Below, piece after piece: positions 41,365-51,054 of a stretch of DNA of 64,000 nt. Each line of letters begins with the position of its first letter. Positions within the stretch are counted from its first letter, which is position 1. The stretch is from Candidatus Marinacidobacterium sp. (GTDB lineage Bacteria > Acidobacteriota > Vicinamibacteria > Marinacidobacterales > Marinacidobacteraceae): assembly GCA_965204755.1 (NCBI GenBank), contig OZ242011.1, forward strand, positions 3,104,001 to 3,168,000. Reading direction: 5' to 3'. Position numbers and translations under genes: made by a program. The notes under the pieces are model-generated. The model was not told the origin of the DNA. It was given only the letters and a program-made list of their open reading frames with translations, and did no database searches.

Positions 41365-43743
41365 TCAGTCCACCCGCACCAGGACCATGGTCAGGTCGTC
41401 CGTCTGCGTCTCGGCCCCGGTGAAGCGCAGCACGGCGTCCTCGACCGTCTGCTGCAACTCCGCCGGCGGGGCGAACGCGTTGTCTTCGAGCAGCCGCATC
41501 AGGCGCTCCTCCCCGAACATGTCCGACTCGGCGTTCATCGCTTCCGAGACGCCGTCGGTGTAGAGGAGCCAGGTCTCGCCGGGTTCGAGCGGCTCGGTCT
41601 GCTCCTTCAGGACCGAGTCGAAGACCGGCCCCGGGTCGAGCGCGACGCCGAGACCGTCCGGGGCGAGCGCGTCGGAAGCCGGCCACTCGCCGGCGTTCGG
41701 CCGGAGCCGGATCACCGGGCTGTGCCCGGCGCGGGCGAAGGTGACCGTCCGCTCCGCCGCGTCGAAGACGCCGTAGGTGATCGTGATGAAGGTGCGGGAG
41801 TCCAGGGTGTCGTGGAGGACCCGGTTCGCTTCGACGAGCACCTGGCGGGGCGAGTGGTGCGCCCGGCTGAGCGCCTGCATCAGCCCCTTGAGTTCCGCCA
41901 TGTAGAAGGCGGCGCGGGCGCCGGTGCCGGCGACATCCGCGATCACCACCCCCAGTCGGCTCGGCGAGAGCCGGATCAGGTCGTAGTAGTCGCCGCCCAC
42001 TTCGGTGGCCGGCCGGCACACCGCCGCGAGCGAGAAGCCGGGAACGGTCACCGATCCCTCCGGGGGCAGCAGCAGCGCCTGCGCCTGGCGGGCGGTCTCC
42101 ATCTCCTGTTCGAGCACCGCCGCCCGCTGCACCCGATCGAGGTCGTCGGCGATCTTCGCGGTCATGATGTTGAAACTGGCCGCCAGCCGCCCGAGTTGGT
42201 CGCGGGAGCGGATCTGCACCTGTTGGCCGAAGTTCCCGCTCCGCACCCGCTCGGTGCCTCGGCTGAGCGCCTCGACCGAGCGGGTGATGGAGCGGGCGAG
42301 CCGGATCCCCAGCATGAGCGCCGCGCACTCGATCAGCAGGAAGATGAGCGCCAGTTCGACGAGAACCACGAACAGGCTGCTCCCGATCGGCCGGTCGTTC
42401 AGCGCGAGCGGCTCCTCGAGGCCCCGCGCCGCCTGCTGGATCAGTTGGATCGGGGCGAAGCCGAAGGTGACCGCCACCGTGCCGCCCCCGAGGTCGGGGT
42501 TCCAGGGCGCCGCGTTCAGGAGGAGCACCCAGGGGATGGAGAACGGGGCGCGTCCGGCGTCGGCGATCACCGGTCGAGCCTGCGGCGGGTCCTGGGCGTC
42601 GCCGTCCAGCCAGAGCGGCCAGACCGTCCGGAGGACCAACTCCTCGTCGTCGGCGCTCCGGTGGACGAACGGCGTGATCGGCGCGGCCACCAGCGCGAAG
42701 CGGGAACTCGTTTCCGGGGGGGCGTCCGGCGGCGGGGACCCGCCGGAGGGCGAAAAGGGCGGCGCCGCCGCCGGGCCCGGCGACACCACCGCGTACCAGG
42801 CGCCGCCCGGGGTCTGCACCGCGCCTTCGTAGGCGTCGAAGGTCCAGTCCGGGGCCGCGCCGACGGCGAGGAAGGGGCTCTCGTCGGTGGAAGCGGCGAC
42901 CCGGGTGATCCGGCCGTCCTCCACTTCGTAGAGGAAGGCTTCGGCGCCCGGGGCGAAGGCCCGGGACTCCGCCGCGGCGGCTTCGACCGCCGCCAGGCGC
43001 TCGGAGTCGGTCGCGTCGGGCGCCGCGCGGATCAGGATCCGGTCCGCGGCGCGGAACAGGTCGTTGCTGCGGGCGGCGAGGTTCGAGCGGAGCGAGAAGA
43101 GGCCGAACTCGCCGAGCGCCACATAGGCGCCGAGCAGGAAGAACAGGATGAGCAGGGCCACGGGGAGCAGCCCGAGCAGCAGGTAGGAGGCGGCGAGCCG
43201 CCGACGCACCGGGAACAGCAGCCAGCGGAGCAGGTCGCGCCCGAAGAAGACCAGCACCGCGGCCCCGGTGATGGCGAAGACCAGCCCGGCGTCCGACGCC
43301 AGCGAGCGGGGCAGGGCGCCCGCCAGGGCCAGCACATAGACCGCCCCGACGACGAGCAGGATCCGCCCCGGCCAGGAGCGGGCGAGCACCGCGCCGGCGC
43401 GGCGCAGCCCGGCGCGGAGCGAGTGTTCCGGGAGGCCGGGCGCCGCGTCGGCGGCGGGCGGGGGCGCCGGCCGCGCGCCGCGCCGGAAACGGAAGCGCCG
43501 CTTCCGGCGCCGGGCCTCGGTCTCCGGCGGGGACCGATCGCGGGAGGGTTCTTCGGGGATGCTGCGGGGTAGGGGCGTTCGTTCGGGGAAACCGGGGGGC
43601 GCCGCGCCGCGTGGCGGCGTTTCGGGCCCCGCTTCGGTCGGGTCCGGTATCGGGTCGGGTTCGGCCTGGTGGGGCGGCCTCCCGTTTCCGGCCGGCCCGG
43701 CGTCGTATCGCGCTCGAACGGTCCGCCGACGCCCGGAAATCAC
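41365..43743 (-). CDS. Membrane HAMP + PP2C (SpoIIE/RsbU-like) phosphatase
   Basis: TM helices, HAMP (RSRDQLGRLAASFN), EVGGDYYD, IADVAGTG, ARAGH, YTDGVSEA, DDLT. Start uncertain (GTG 43743 or 43389). Confidence 0.85.
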   Translation of the reverse strand: MISGRRRTVRARYDAGPAGNGRPPHQAEPDPIPDPTEAGPETPPRGAAPPGFPERTPLPRSIPEEPSRDRSPPETEARRRKRRFRFRRGARPAPPPAADAAPGLPEHSLRAGLRRAGAVLARSWPGRILLVVGAVYVLALAGALPRSLASDAGLVFAITGAAVLVFFGRDLLRWLLFPVRRRLAASYLLLGLLPVALLILFFLLGAYVALGEFGLFSLRSNLAARSNDLFRAADRILIRAAPDATDSERLAAVEAAAAESRAFAPGAEAFLYEVEDGRITRVAASTDESPFLAVGAAPDWTFDAYEGAVQTPGGAWYAVVSPGPAAAPPFSPSGGSPPPDAPPETSSRFALVAAPITPFVHRSADDEELVLRTVWPLWLDGDAQDPPQARPVIADAGRAPFSIPWVLLLNAAPWNPDLGGGTVAVTFGFAPIQLIQQAARGLEEPLALNDRPIGSSLFVVLVELALIFLLIECAALMLGIRLARSITRSVEALSRGTERVRSGNFGQQVQIRSRDQLGRLAASFNIMTAKIADDLDRVQRAAVLEQEMETARQAQALLLPPEGSVTVPGFSLAAVCRPATEVGGDYYDLIRLSPSRLGVVIADVAGTGARAAFYMAELKGLMQALSRAHHSPRQVLVEANRVLHDTLDSRTFITITYGVFDAAERTVTFARAGHSPVIRLRPNAGEWPASDALAPDGLGVALDPGPVFDSVLKEQTEPLEPGETWLLYTDGVSEAMNAESDMFGEERLMRLLEDNAFAPPAELQQTVEDAVLRFTGAETQTDDLTMVLVRVD

Positions 43744-44151
43744 GCCGGTCCCCCGGCGGCGGTCCCCGACTCCCCCGGCGGCCGGGCCGCGCGCGGGTTC
43801 CGCGAGGAGCCCGGCGGCGCGGCGCCGCGGGGAAACCGAAGTCCGCCGTGAGGCGGCTCGCCGGGCGGCGGGGCGGGCCCCGGACGCGCGGCGCGGCGTC
43901 GGCGAGCGGCGCGGACATCCCCGACCCGCGCCGGAGGGCCCGGCCGGCGCCGGTGGCGGGAACGCCCCTTCGCGGCGCCGGCCGAACCTGCGGCCCGGAT
44001 CGGGAACGCCCGCCGGGAAACGGCCCGCCCGAAGCGGCGCCGCGCCCGGAGCGCTCGCGCTCATGTTACCAACGGCGCTTCGCCGCCGGCAGGACGAAGC
44101 GGCGCCCGGCTGCGGAGTAGTCTTCCTCCGAGGGGAACGCGGAGGGGCGGG

Positions 44152-44880
44152 ATGACGCGCGGAGGGACCGCCGGGATGGGCCGCGCTCCGGCGCGCCGGA
44201 GTTCGAAACCGCCGCCGGGCGGTCAACTCGCGCCGCCGGCCGGCATGGCGGCGTACCGGATGAGCCGGACGGACTTCGATGCCCGGTGCGAGGAGGAGTT
44301 CTGGAAGCGGGGCGACTACGACGCCCGGCGGGGCTTGGCGGAGGTGGTGGAAACGCCGCTCCTCGGCCACGAATGGCGCGGCGGCGAGACGACGGCGTTG
44401 GTCGGGCTCGTCTGCGGCGCGGAGGTCGCGCCGACCGGGGCGCTGCGGATGGAGTGGCGCGGCTCGATTCTGGAGCCGGACGCCTCGTTCTACTTCGCGC
44501 CGCTCTCGGACCTCGGTTACACCGACGACGAGAACTGCCGGCCGGAACTCGGGCACCGGCCGCCGGCGCTGGCAGTCGAGATCAACCGGAGTTCGAGCCC
44601 GGCGCGCGCGGCGGAGAAGCGGGGCGACTACTTCGACATGGGGGTCCGCGAAGTCTGGACCTGGCGGCCGAAGGACGGGGCGACGATCTACCGGCGGGCC
44701 GCCGACGGATCGCCGTCTTCGGTTCCCGGGTCGGCGGTGGTTCCGGGAGTAACGCGGGGGGACCTGGAGGAACTCCGGAGCGATCCCCGGAGCGAAGCGC
44801 CGGCCCGCCGCGCGGTAATCGTTCGTCGAGTCAGGGGACGGCGGGGCGAGGGCGCCGCGGCGCCTGCCGCGAAGTCGTAG
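44152..44880 (+). CDS. Uma2 family putative restriction endonuclease, copy 1
   Basis: EPDASFYF...PPALAVEIN...KRGDYFDMGVREVW (Uma2 PD-(D/E)XK pattern). GGAGG RBS. Confidence 0.85.
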   Translation: MTRGGTAGMGRAPARRSSKPPPGGQLAPPAGMAAYRMSRTDFDARCEEEFWKRGDYDARRGLAEVVETPLLGHEWRGGETTALVGLVCGAEVAPTGALRMEWRGSILEPDASFYFAPLSDLGYTDDENCRPELGHRPPALAVEINRSSSPARAAEKRGDYFDMGVREVWTWRPKDGATIYRRAADGSPSSVPGSAVVPGVTRGDLEELRSDPRSEAPARRAVIVRRVRGRRGEGAAAPAAKS

Positions 44881-44896
44881 CCTGTCCTCGGAGGGG

Positions 44897-45643
44897 ATGC
44901 CGATGCCCGGGACGAGTCCCGAACCGATCGTCGGCCTGAGCCGCCAGCCGGCGCGCGCGATCCGGAAACCGCCGCCGGGCGGTGAACTCGCGCCGCCGGC
45001 CGGCATGGCGGCGTTCCGGATGAGCCGGACGGACTTCGATGCCCGGTGCGAGGAGGAGTTCTGGAAGCGGGGGGACTACGACGCTCGGCGGGGCTTGGCG
45101 GAGGTGGTGGAAACGCCGCTCCTCGGCCACGAATGGCGCGGCGTCGAAGCGACGATCCTCGTGGTGCTCATCTGCGGCGACCGGGCTCTGGGGACGGGCG
45201 CACTGCGGATCGAGTGGCGCGGTTCGATCCTGGAACCGGACGCGTCGTTCTACTTCGCGCCGCTCTCGGACCTCGGTTACACCGACGACGAGAACTGCCG
45301 GCCGGAACTCGGGCACCGGCCGCCGGCGCTGGCCGTCGAGATCAATCGGAGTTCGAGTCCGGCGCGCGCGGCGGAGAAGCGGGGCGACTACTTCGACATG
45401 GGCGTCGAAGAGGTCTGGACCTGGCGGCCGAAGGACGGGGCGAGGATCTACCGGCGGGCCGCCGCCGGATCGCCGTCTTCGGTTCCCGAGTCCGCGGTGG
45501 TTCCGGGGGTGACGCGTGACGACCTCGACGAACTGTGGGCGGATGGGCCGTGGAGCGAGACCCCGCGCCGCCGGTCGGCGATCGTCCGGCGGATCCGCCG
45601 GCGGCGGGGCGCGGGCGGCGCGGCGCCCGCCCGGAAGTCGTAG
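44897..45643 (+). CDS. Uma2 family putative restriction endonuclease, copy 2
   Basis: Same motifs. Long stretches are identical to copy 1. Confidence 0.85.
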   Translation: MPMPGTSPEPIVGLSRQPARAIRKPPPGGELAPPAGMAAFRMSRTDFDARCEEEFWKRGDYDARRGLAEVVETPLLGHEWRGVEATILVVLICGDRALGTGALRIEWRGSILEPDASFYFAPLSDLGYTDDENCRPELGHRPPALAVEINRSSSPARAAEKRGDYFDMGVEEVWTWRPKDGARIYRRAAAGSPSSVPESAVVPGVTRDDLDELWADGPWSETPRRRSAIVRRIRRRRGAGGAAPARKS

Positions 45644-45659
45644 CCGTCCTCGGAGGGGG

Positions 45660-46433
45660 ATGCCGATGCCCGGGATGAAGCGCGAACCGGACGCCGGCCT
45701 GAACCGCAAGCCGGCGCGCGCGGGCCGGCGACCGTCGCCGGGCGGTGAAGCCGCGCCGCCGGGCGGTGAAGTCGCGCCGCCGGCCGGGACGATGGTGTAC
45801 CGGATGAGTCGGACGGACTTCGATGTCCGGTGCGACGACGACTTCTGGAAGCGGGGCGACTACGACGCCCGGCGGGGTTTGGCGGAAGTGGTGGAGACGC
45901 CGCTCCTCGGCCACGAATGGCGCGGCGTCGAGGTGACGGCGCTGGTGCTGGCCGTCTGCGGCGCCCGGGTCCGGGGGACGGGCGCGCTGCGGATCGAGTG
46001 GCGCGGTTCGATTCTGGAACCGGACGCGTCGTTCTACTTCGCGCCGCACCTGGGGGGCGGCAACGGAGACGACGAGAATTGCCGGCCGGAACTCGGACAC
46101 CGCCCGCCGGCCTTGGTGGTGGAGATCAACCGGAGCACCGGGCCGGCGCGCGCGGCGGAGAAGCGCGGGGACTACTTCGACATGGGAGTCCGGGAGGTTT
46201 GGACCTGGCGGCCGAAGGAGGGCGCCGCGATCTACCGGCGCGCGGAAGGCGGACCGCCGCGGTCGGCGTCGTCGTCGGTGGTCGTGCCGGGCCTCGTTCG
46301 CGGGGACTTGGCCCTGCTCTGGGAGGACCATGCGCCGGAAGAGACCTTTCGCCGTCGGGCGGAGGTCGCGAGTCGGGTGCGGAGTCGGCGCGGCGCGGGC
46401 GGCGCGGCGTCGGCGCCCGTCGAAGAGCCGTAG
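45660..46433 (+). CDS. Uma2 family putative restriction endonuclease, copy 3
   Basis: Same motifs. Shares the GTCCTCGGAGGGG(G)ATGCCGATGCCCGGGA leader with copy 2. Confidence 0.85.
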   Translation: MPMPGMKREPDAGLNRKPARAGRRPSPGGEAAPPGGEVAPPAGTMVYRMSRTDFDVRCDDDFWKRGDYDARRGLAEVVETPLLGHEWRGVEVTALVLAVCGARVRGTGALRIEWRGSILEPDASFYFAPHLGGGNGDDENCRPELGHRPPALVVEINRSTGPARAAEKRGDYFDMGVREVWTWRPKEGAAIYRRAEGGPPRSASSSVVVPGLVRGDLALLWEDHAPEETFRRRAEVASRVRSRRGAGGAASAPVEEP

Positions 46434-46512
46434 CCCTCCGCCGGGGCGGCGAACCGGGCGCCCCTCCTCCGCGCCGCGCGGCGGCCCGGCTGCGCCGGGG
46501 CCGCGAGGGCCG

Positions 46513-47484
46513 TTACTCGATCGCGTAGCGGAGCGAGAGGACTTCGCCGCCGCGCTCCACCGCGAGTTCGATCCGGCTCGCGGTCTGGAAGCGCTGCACC
46601 AGCACGGCGAGCGACTCCACGCCCCGCACCTCGCGGTCGTTCACCCGCAAGAGGACATCGTTCGGGAGGAGGCCGGTCTCGCCGAGGATCGTGTCGGTCG
46701 GGAAGGAAACGAGTTCGAGGCCGACGACCTCGTCCCCGTCGATTCGCGGCACGACGGTGGCGCCGGTGAGGATCCGCGGGAGTTCGGTGGCGAGGCGGAG
46801 CCGGACCTCGTCGCGGGAGAACCTGCGCTCGCCTCCGCCGCTCGCGGCGCGCGGCGGCGGAGCCGACGGGACCGGGGGCGCCGGGCCGGGCGCCATCATC
46901 CCGTCCGCCCCCATCGCGTCCACCGGCATCGCATCCACCGGCATCCCGCCTGCCGCGCCCGCGTCGGGTCCGCCCTCGGCCGCCGGCCCGTCCGGCGGCG
47001 CCGGGGCGCTCGCTCCCCCGTCCTCCGCCGGGGCGGGGTCCGGCGGGGATCGTTCGGCCGGCGCGCCGGAGGGTTCCGCGAGGCCGATCTCCACCGGCTC
47101 GCCCGTCGGCGACTCGAGGACGACGCGGTCCGCTTCCACCCGGAGCAGGGCCCATCCGGCGACGCTCTCGCCCGGCTGCAGCCGGCGCGGCCGCCCGCCG
47201 TGGAATTCCAGAAGCGCCACCGCCCGGTCACCGACGCGCATCAGTCCCCGGAGCCGGACTGCCGCGCCGCGGCCTCCGCCGCCCGGGCGGGCGCCGCGCG
47301 GCGGCTGGCGGGACTCGCCGGCGCCCGGACGGGCGGGGGCAGGGGAGGACGCCGCCGGTCCGGCAAACGCCGGCGGCGTGACGAGAAGGCCGGCGAGGCC
47401 GGCGACCGCCGCGACCGCGACGAAGCCCGGCGTGGGGAACGCCCGACGACTACGGGGACGCGCCGCGAGGGCGCGGGGGGTCAT
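46513..47484 (-). CDS. GspC-like (type II secretion protein C) PDZ-domain protein
   Basis: N-terminal TM, VRLRG...PGESVAGWALLRVEADRVVL (GspC HR-like), C-terminal PDZ GLLPNDVLLRVN...VERGG. Confidence 0.65.
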   Translation of the reverse strand: MTPRALAARPRSRRAFPTPGFVAVAAVAGLAGLLVTPPAFAGPAASSPAPARPGAGESRQPPRGARPGGGGRGAAVRLRGLMRVGDRAVALLEFHGGRPRRLQPGESVAGWALLRVEADRVVLESPTGEPVEIGLAEPSGAPAERSPPDPAPAEDGGASAPAPPDGPAAEGGPDAGAAGGMPVDAMPVDAMGADGMMAPGPAPPVPSAPPPRAASGGGERRFSRDEVRLRLATELPRILTGATVVPRIDGDEVVGLELVSFPTDTILGETGLLPNDVLLRVNDREVRGVESLAVLVQRFQTASRIELAVERGGEVLSLRYAIE

Positions 47485-47909
47485 CGCTCGCCGCGAGCAG
47501 CGAACCCCGCGCGGCCTTCCCCCGGCGCATACCGGGGAAGGATCTGCCGCGGCTTGGGAGGGCCTACCGACTCCGGGAACTGCAGAAGGACGACCGTCTC
47601 GCCCGGATCCACCAGGTCGAGCGCCGACTTCGCGTGGAGCCGGAGCGCTTCCGGATCGTTCTCGAGCCGCTCGATGGTGTCCCGCAGCCCCGCGGCCTCG
47701 GCGCGCAGGGTCTCGATGCGGGCGCCGAGTTCCCGGCCCTCGCGCCGGGTCTCCGCCAGTTCGGCGAGCCCCTGGATCGCCGTCCCGGCGACCGCGAAGG
47801 CGATCAGCAGCCCCAGCGCGGTCGGCACGAGCCGCGCGGGCCGCTCGAGCAGTCGGGCGGCGAGCCCCCGCCGGGGCGCCGGTCGGTCGTCGGACCGCGA
47901 CTGCGACAT
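47481..47909 (-). CDS. ftsB: Septum formation initiator (FtsB/DivIC)
   Basis: TM helix, coiled coil, IERLENDP...AKSALDLVDPGE. AGGAG RBS. Confidence 0.8.
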   Translation of the reverse strand: MSQSRSDDRPAPRRGLAARLLERPARLVPTALGLLIAFAVAGTAIQGLAELAETRREGRELGARIETLRAEAAGLRDTIERLENDPEALRLHAKSALDLVDPGETVVLLQFPESVGPPKPRQILPRYAPGEGRAGFAARGER

Positions 47910-48038
47910 GCCGTCTCCTGGGGAAAGGGGCGGAGCGCGCGGGACTTCGGGGCGGCCCCGGCGAAACGGCCCGCCGAAGCCGATTCTAGCCGGGCGGATC
48001 CGCGCCCGAGGGCGCCGGGCGCCCGCGGCCCCGGAAGT

Positions 48039-50996
48039 TCACTCGGGCGTTTCCGCCGCCATCCGGGAGAGGAGCGCGCCGAGCCGGGCCTCCTGCGCGG
48101 CGAGCGCCGCGGCGCGCTCCTCGCTTTCGCGCACCACCGCCGGCTCGGCGCGCTCCCGGAAACGCGGGTTCGCCAGCCGTTTGCCGAGTTTCTCCCGGTC
48201 GGCCGCCACTCGCCGGCGCTGGGCGGCCACCCGCTCCCGGAGCGCGGCGGGGTCGGCGGCGGCGCCGAGTTCCACCGAGGCCTCGAACCGGCGCTCCACC
48301 AGCGACACCCGGCCGCCGCCGCCGTTGCCGGGCGGCCACGGCTCCTCGGGCCCCACCACCCGGAGCGGCGCCATCCGGCCGAGCGAGCCCACCGGCCCGG
48401 CAGTGTCCCGGAGGAGCGTCCCCAGTCCGGGAACTTCCGCAGTCTCCCGGACCGCGACCGGCAGCGCCTGGTCCGGGGCGAGTCCGGCGTCCGCGCGAAG
48501 CCGCCGGACCGAAGTCACCAACTCGCGAAGCGACTCGAAACGGGACTCCAACTCTTCGTCCCGGGGCGCGTCCCCGGCGGGGAACTCCGCCCGGGCCAGT
48601 ACCGCGCCCCCGGCGCGGGCGTCGGCGAAGCCGACCTTCGCCCGCGCCGTCCGGAGGCGCTCGTAGAGCACCTCGGTCACGAACGGCGACACCGGGTGCA
48701 GCAGCCGGAGCGTCCGGTCGAGCACCTCCCCCAGCGTCGCCGCGGTTCGGCGGGCCGCCGCCGGGCCGGTCCTCATCCGGGACTTGGCGAGTTCGAGATA
48801 CCAGTCACAGAAGTCGTTCCAGACGAACCGGTAGAGGAGCGACCCCACCGCGGCGAAGTCGTACCCCTCGAGCGCCGTCCGCACTTCCCCGGCGCAGCCG
48901 GCGGCGCGCGAGACGATCCACCGGTCCTCGGCGGCCGGTTCCGCCGTCTCCGCGCCCCGGTCGGCGCCCTCGACCGCCGAGAGGGCGAACCGGGAGGCGT
49001 TCCACAACTTGGTGAGGAACCGCCGCCCGATCTCGTGGAACTTGGAGAGCGCGAGCCGCATCTCCTGCCCCTCCGAGCACAGCCGCACCAGCGTGAACCG
49101 GAGCGCGTCGGCGCCGACTCCCTCGAAGCCCTCCGGGAAGCCGCGCTCGATCCGCCGGAGCATCTCCTCCCGGTTCGCCGGCCGGGCCTCCTCCACCGGC
49201 CGCTTCAACTCCTCCAGCGTCGCCCCGGAGATCACCGCCAGCGGGTCCACCCCGTTCCCCTTGCTCTTGCTCATCACCGCGCCGCGCTCGTCGAGCACCG
49301 TCGGGTGGATGTACACATCGTCGTAGGGCAGCCGGCCGGTCATCTCGATCCCGGCGAAGTTCATCCGGGCCACCCAGAAGAACAGGATCCCCTTGTCGGT
49401 GGAGAGGAGCGAAGTCGGGTAGTAGCGCTCGAAGTCCGGAGTCCGCTCCGGCCAGCCGAGCGTGCTCATCGGCCACAGCCAACTGCTGAACCAGGTGTCC
49501 AGCACATCCTCGTCCCGCCGCCAGTCGTCCGGCGCGGCGCGCACCGCTTCGGGCGGATCCACCCCCACCGCGATCTCCCCGGTCTCCCGGTGGTGCCACG
49601 CGGGGATCCGGTGCCCCCACCAGATCTGCCGGCTGATCGTCCAGTCGCGGATCTCCATCAGCCACCGGGCGTACACCTGCTCCCAGCGCGGCGGATGGAA
49701 CCGGAGCGCCCCCTCGCCCGCCTTCTCCCACTCCCCGTCCTCCCGGCGCTCGTAGCCGCTCAGCCGCAGCGCCCGCTCCGCCAGCGGCCCCATCCGCACG
49801 AACCACTGGTCGGAGAGCCGGTACTCGATGGGCGCCCCGGAGCGCTGGGCGCGGCCGAGCGGCACCCGCCGGTCCTCGATCCCCACGAGGAGCCCCTCCG
49901 CTTCGAGCGCGGCGACCGCCTCCTCCCGGGCGCGGTAGCGGTCGAGTCCCCGGAACCGCTCCGGGACGGCCTCGTTCAGCGCCGCGTCCTCCCGCATCAC
50001 CTCGATCGGGGTCAGCCCGTGGCGCTGCCCGATCTCGAAGTCGTGCGGGTCGTGCGCCGGGGTGATCTTGAGACAGCCGGTGCCGAACTCCGGATCCACG
50101 CCCTCGTCGGCGATCACCGGGATCTCCCGGCCCACCAGCGGGAGCCGAGCCGACCGGCCGACGAAGTCCCGGTACCGCGGGTCCTCCGGATGGACCGCCA
50201 CCGCCACATCCCCGAACAGGGTCTCCGGGCGGGTGGTGGCGACGGTCAGCCGGGCGCCGCTGTCGCCCGCGAGCGGGTAGGCGATGCTCCACAGGTGTCC
50301 CGGTTCGCCCTCCGGGGCGGTCTCCACTTCGTCGTCGGAGAGGGCCGTCCGGTCCACCGGGCACCAGTTGACCACCCGCTTGCCCCGGTAGATGTACCCC
50401 CGCCGATGGAGGTCGGCGAACACCGTCCGGACGGCGCGGGAGAGGCCCTCGTCCATGGTGAACCGGGTCCGGCGGAAGTCGCAGGAGCAGCCCAGTTTCT
50501 TCAGTTGGTCGAGGATCACCCCGCCGTAGCGGTCGCGCCACTCCCACACCTTCTCGATGAAGGCGTCGCGGCCGAGGGCCCGGTAGTCCACGCCCCGGGC
50601 GTCGAGGTGCTTCCGGACGACGGTCTGGGTGGAGATGCCGGCGTGGTCGGTGCCGGGCACCCACAGCGCGTCGCGTCCGGTCATCCGCCGGTAGCGGACC
50701 AGCACATCCTGGATGGTGTTGTTGAGCGCGTGCCCCATGTGGAGGCGGCCGGTGATGTTCGGCGGCGGGATGACCACCGTGAAGGGCGTCTTCTCCCGGT
50801 CGCCGCCGGGGCGGAGGCGCCCGTCGGGGGCGGCCTCCGACTCGAAGGCGCGGGCGTCGTTCCAGCGTCCCCAGGCCTCCGCCTCGACCGCCTCCGGGTC
50901 GAAGCGGGTGGGGAGCGAAGCGGCGCTCCCGACAGGCGCCCGATCCTCCGGCGCCCGATCCTCCGGCGCCCCGGCCGCCTTTTCCTTCGCGCTCAT
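48039..50996 (-). CDS. valS: Valine--tRNA ligase
   Basis: PPPNITGRLHMGH, GTDHAGI, DWTISRQIWWGHRIP, DVLDTWFSS, MSKSKGN. Confidence 0.97.
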   Translation of the reverse strand: MSAKEKAAGAPEDRAPEDRAPVGSAASLPTRFDPEAVEAEAWGRWNDARAFESEAAPDGRLRPGGDREKTPFTVVIPPPNITGRLHMGHALNNTIQDVLVRYRRMTGRDALWVPGTDHAGISTQTVVRKHLDARGVDYRALGRDAFIEKVWEWRDRYGGVILDQLKKLGCSCDFRRTRFTMDEGLSRAVRTVFADLHRRGYIYRGKRVVNWCPVDRTALSDDEVETAPEGEPGHLWSIAYPLAGDSGARLTVATTRPETLFGDVAVAVHPEDPRYRDFVGRSARLPLVGREIPVIADEGVDPEFGTGCLKITPAHDPHDFEIGQRHGLTPIEVMREDAALNEAVPERFRGLDRYRAREEAVAALEAEGLLVGIEDRRVPLGRAQRSGAPIEYRLSDQWFVRMGPLAERALRLSGYERREDGEWEKAGEGALRFHPPRWEQVYARWLMEIRDWTISRQIWWGHRIPAWHHRETGEIAVGVDPPEAVRAAPDDWRRDEDVLDTWFSSWLWPMSTLGWPERTPDFERYYPTSLLSTDKGILFFWVARMNFAGIEMTGRLPYDDVYIHPTVLDERGAVMSKSKGNGVDPLAVISGATLEELKRPVEEARPANREEMLRRIERGFPEGFEGVGADALRFTLVRLCSEGQEMRLALSKFHEIGRRFLTKLWNASRFALSAVEGADRGAETAEPAAEDRWIVSRAAGCAGEVRTALEGYDFAAVGSLLYRFVWNDFCDWYLELAKSRMRTGPAAARRTAATLGEVLDRTLRLLHPVSPFVTEVLYERLRTARAKVGFADARAGGAVLARAEFPAGDAPRDEELESRFESLRELVTSVRRLRADAGLAPDQALPVAVRETAEVPGLGTLLRDTAGPVGSLGRMAPLRVVGPEEPWPPGNGGGGRVSLVERRFEASVELGAAADPAALRERVAAQRRRVAADREKLGKRLANPRFRERAEPAVVRESEERAAALAAQEARLGALLSRMAAETPE

Positions 50997-51054
50997 CGTT
51001 TCGGGCCCGTCGCCGCCCCTCGGCCTCGCGGTCGTGGCGGGGCGGCGCCGACGG

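Noticed and set aside
44152-46433. Diversity-generating retroelement acting on the Uma2 copies
   Set aside because: No reverse transcriptase is in the window, differences are not adenine-specific, and all three copies are full ORFs.
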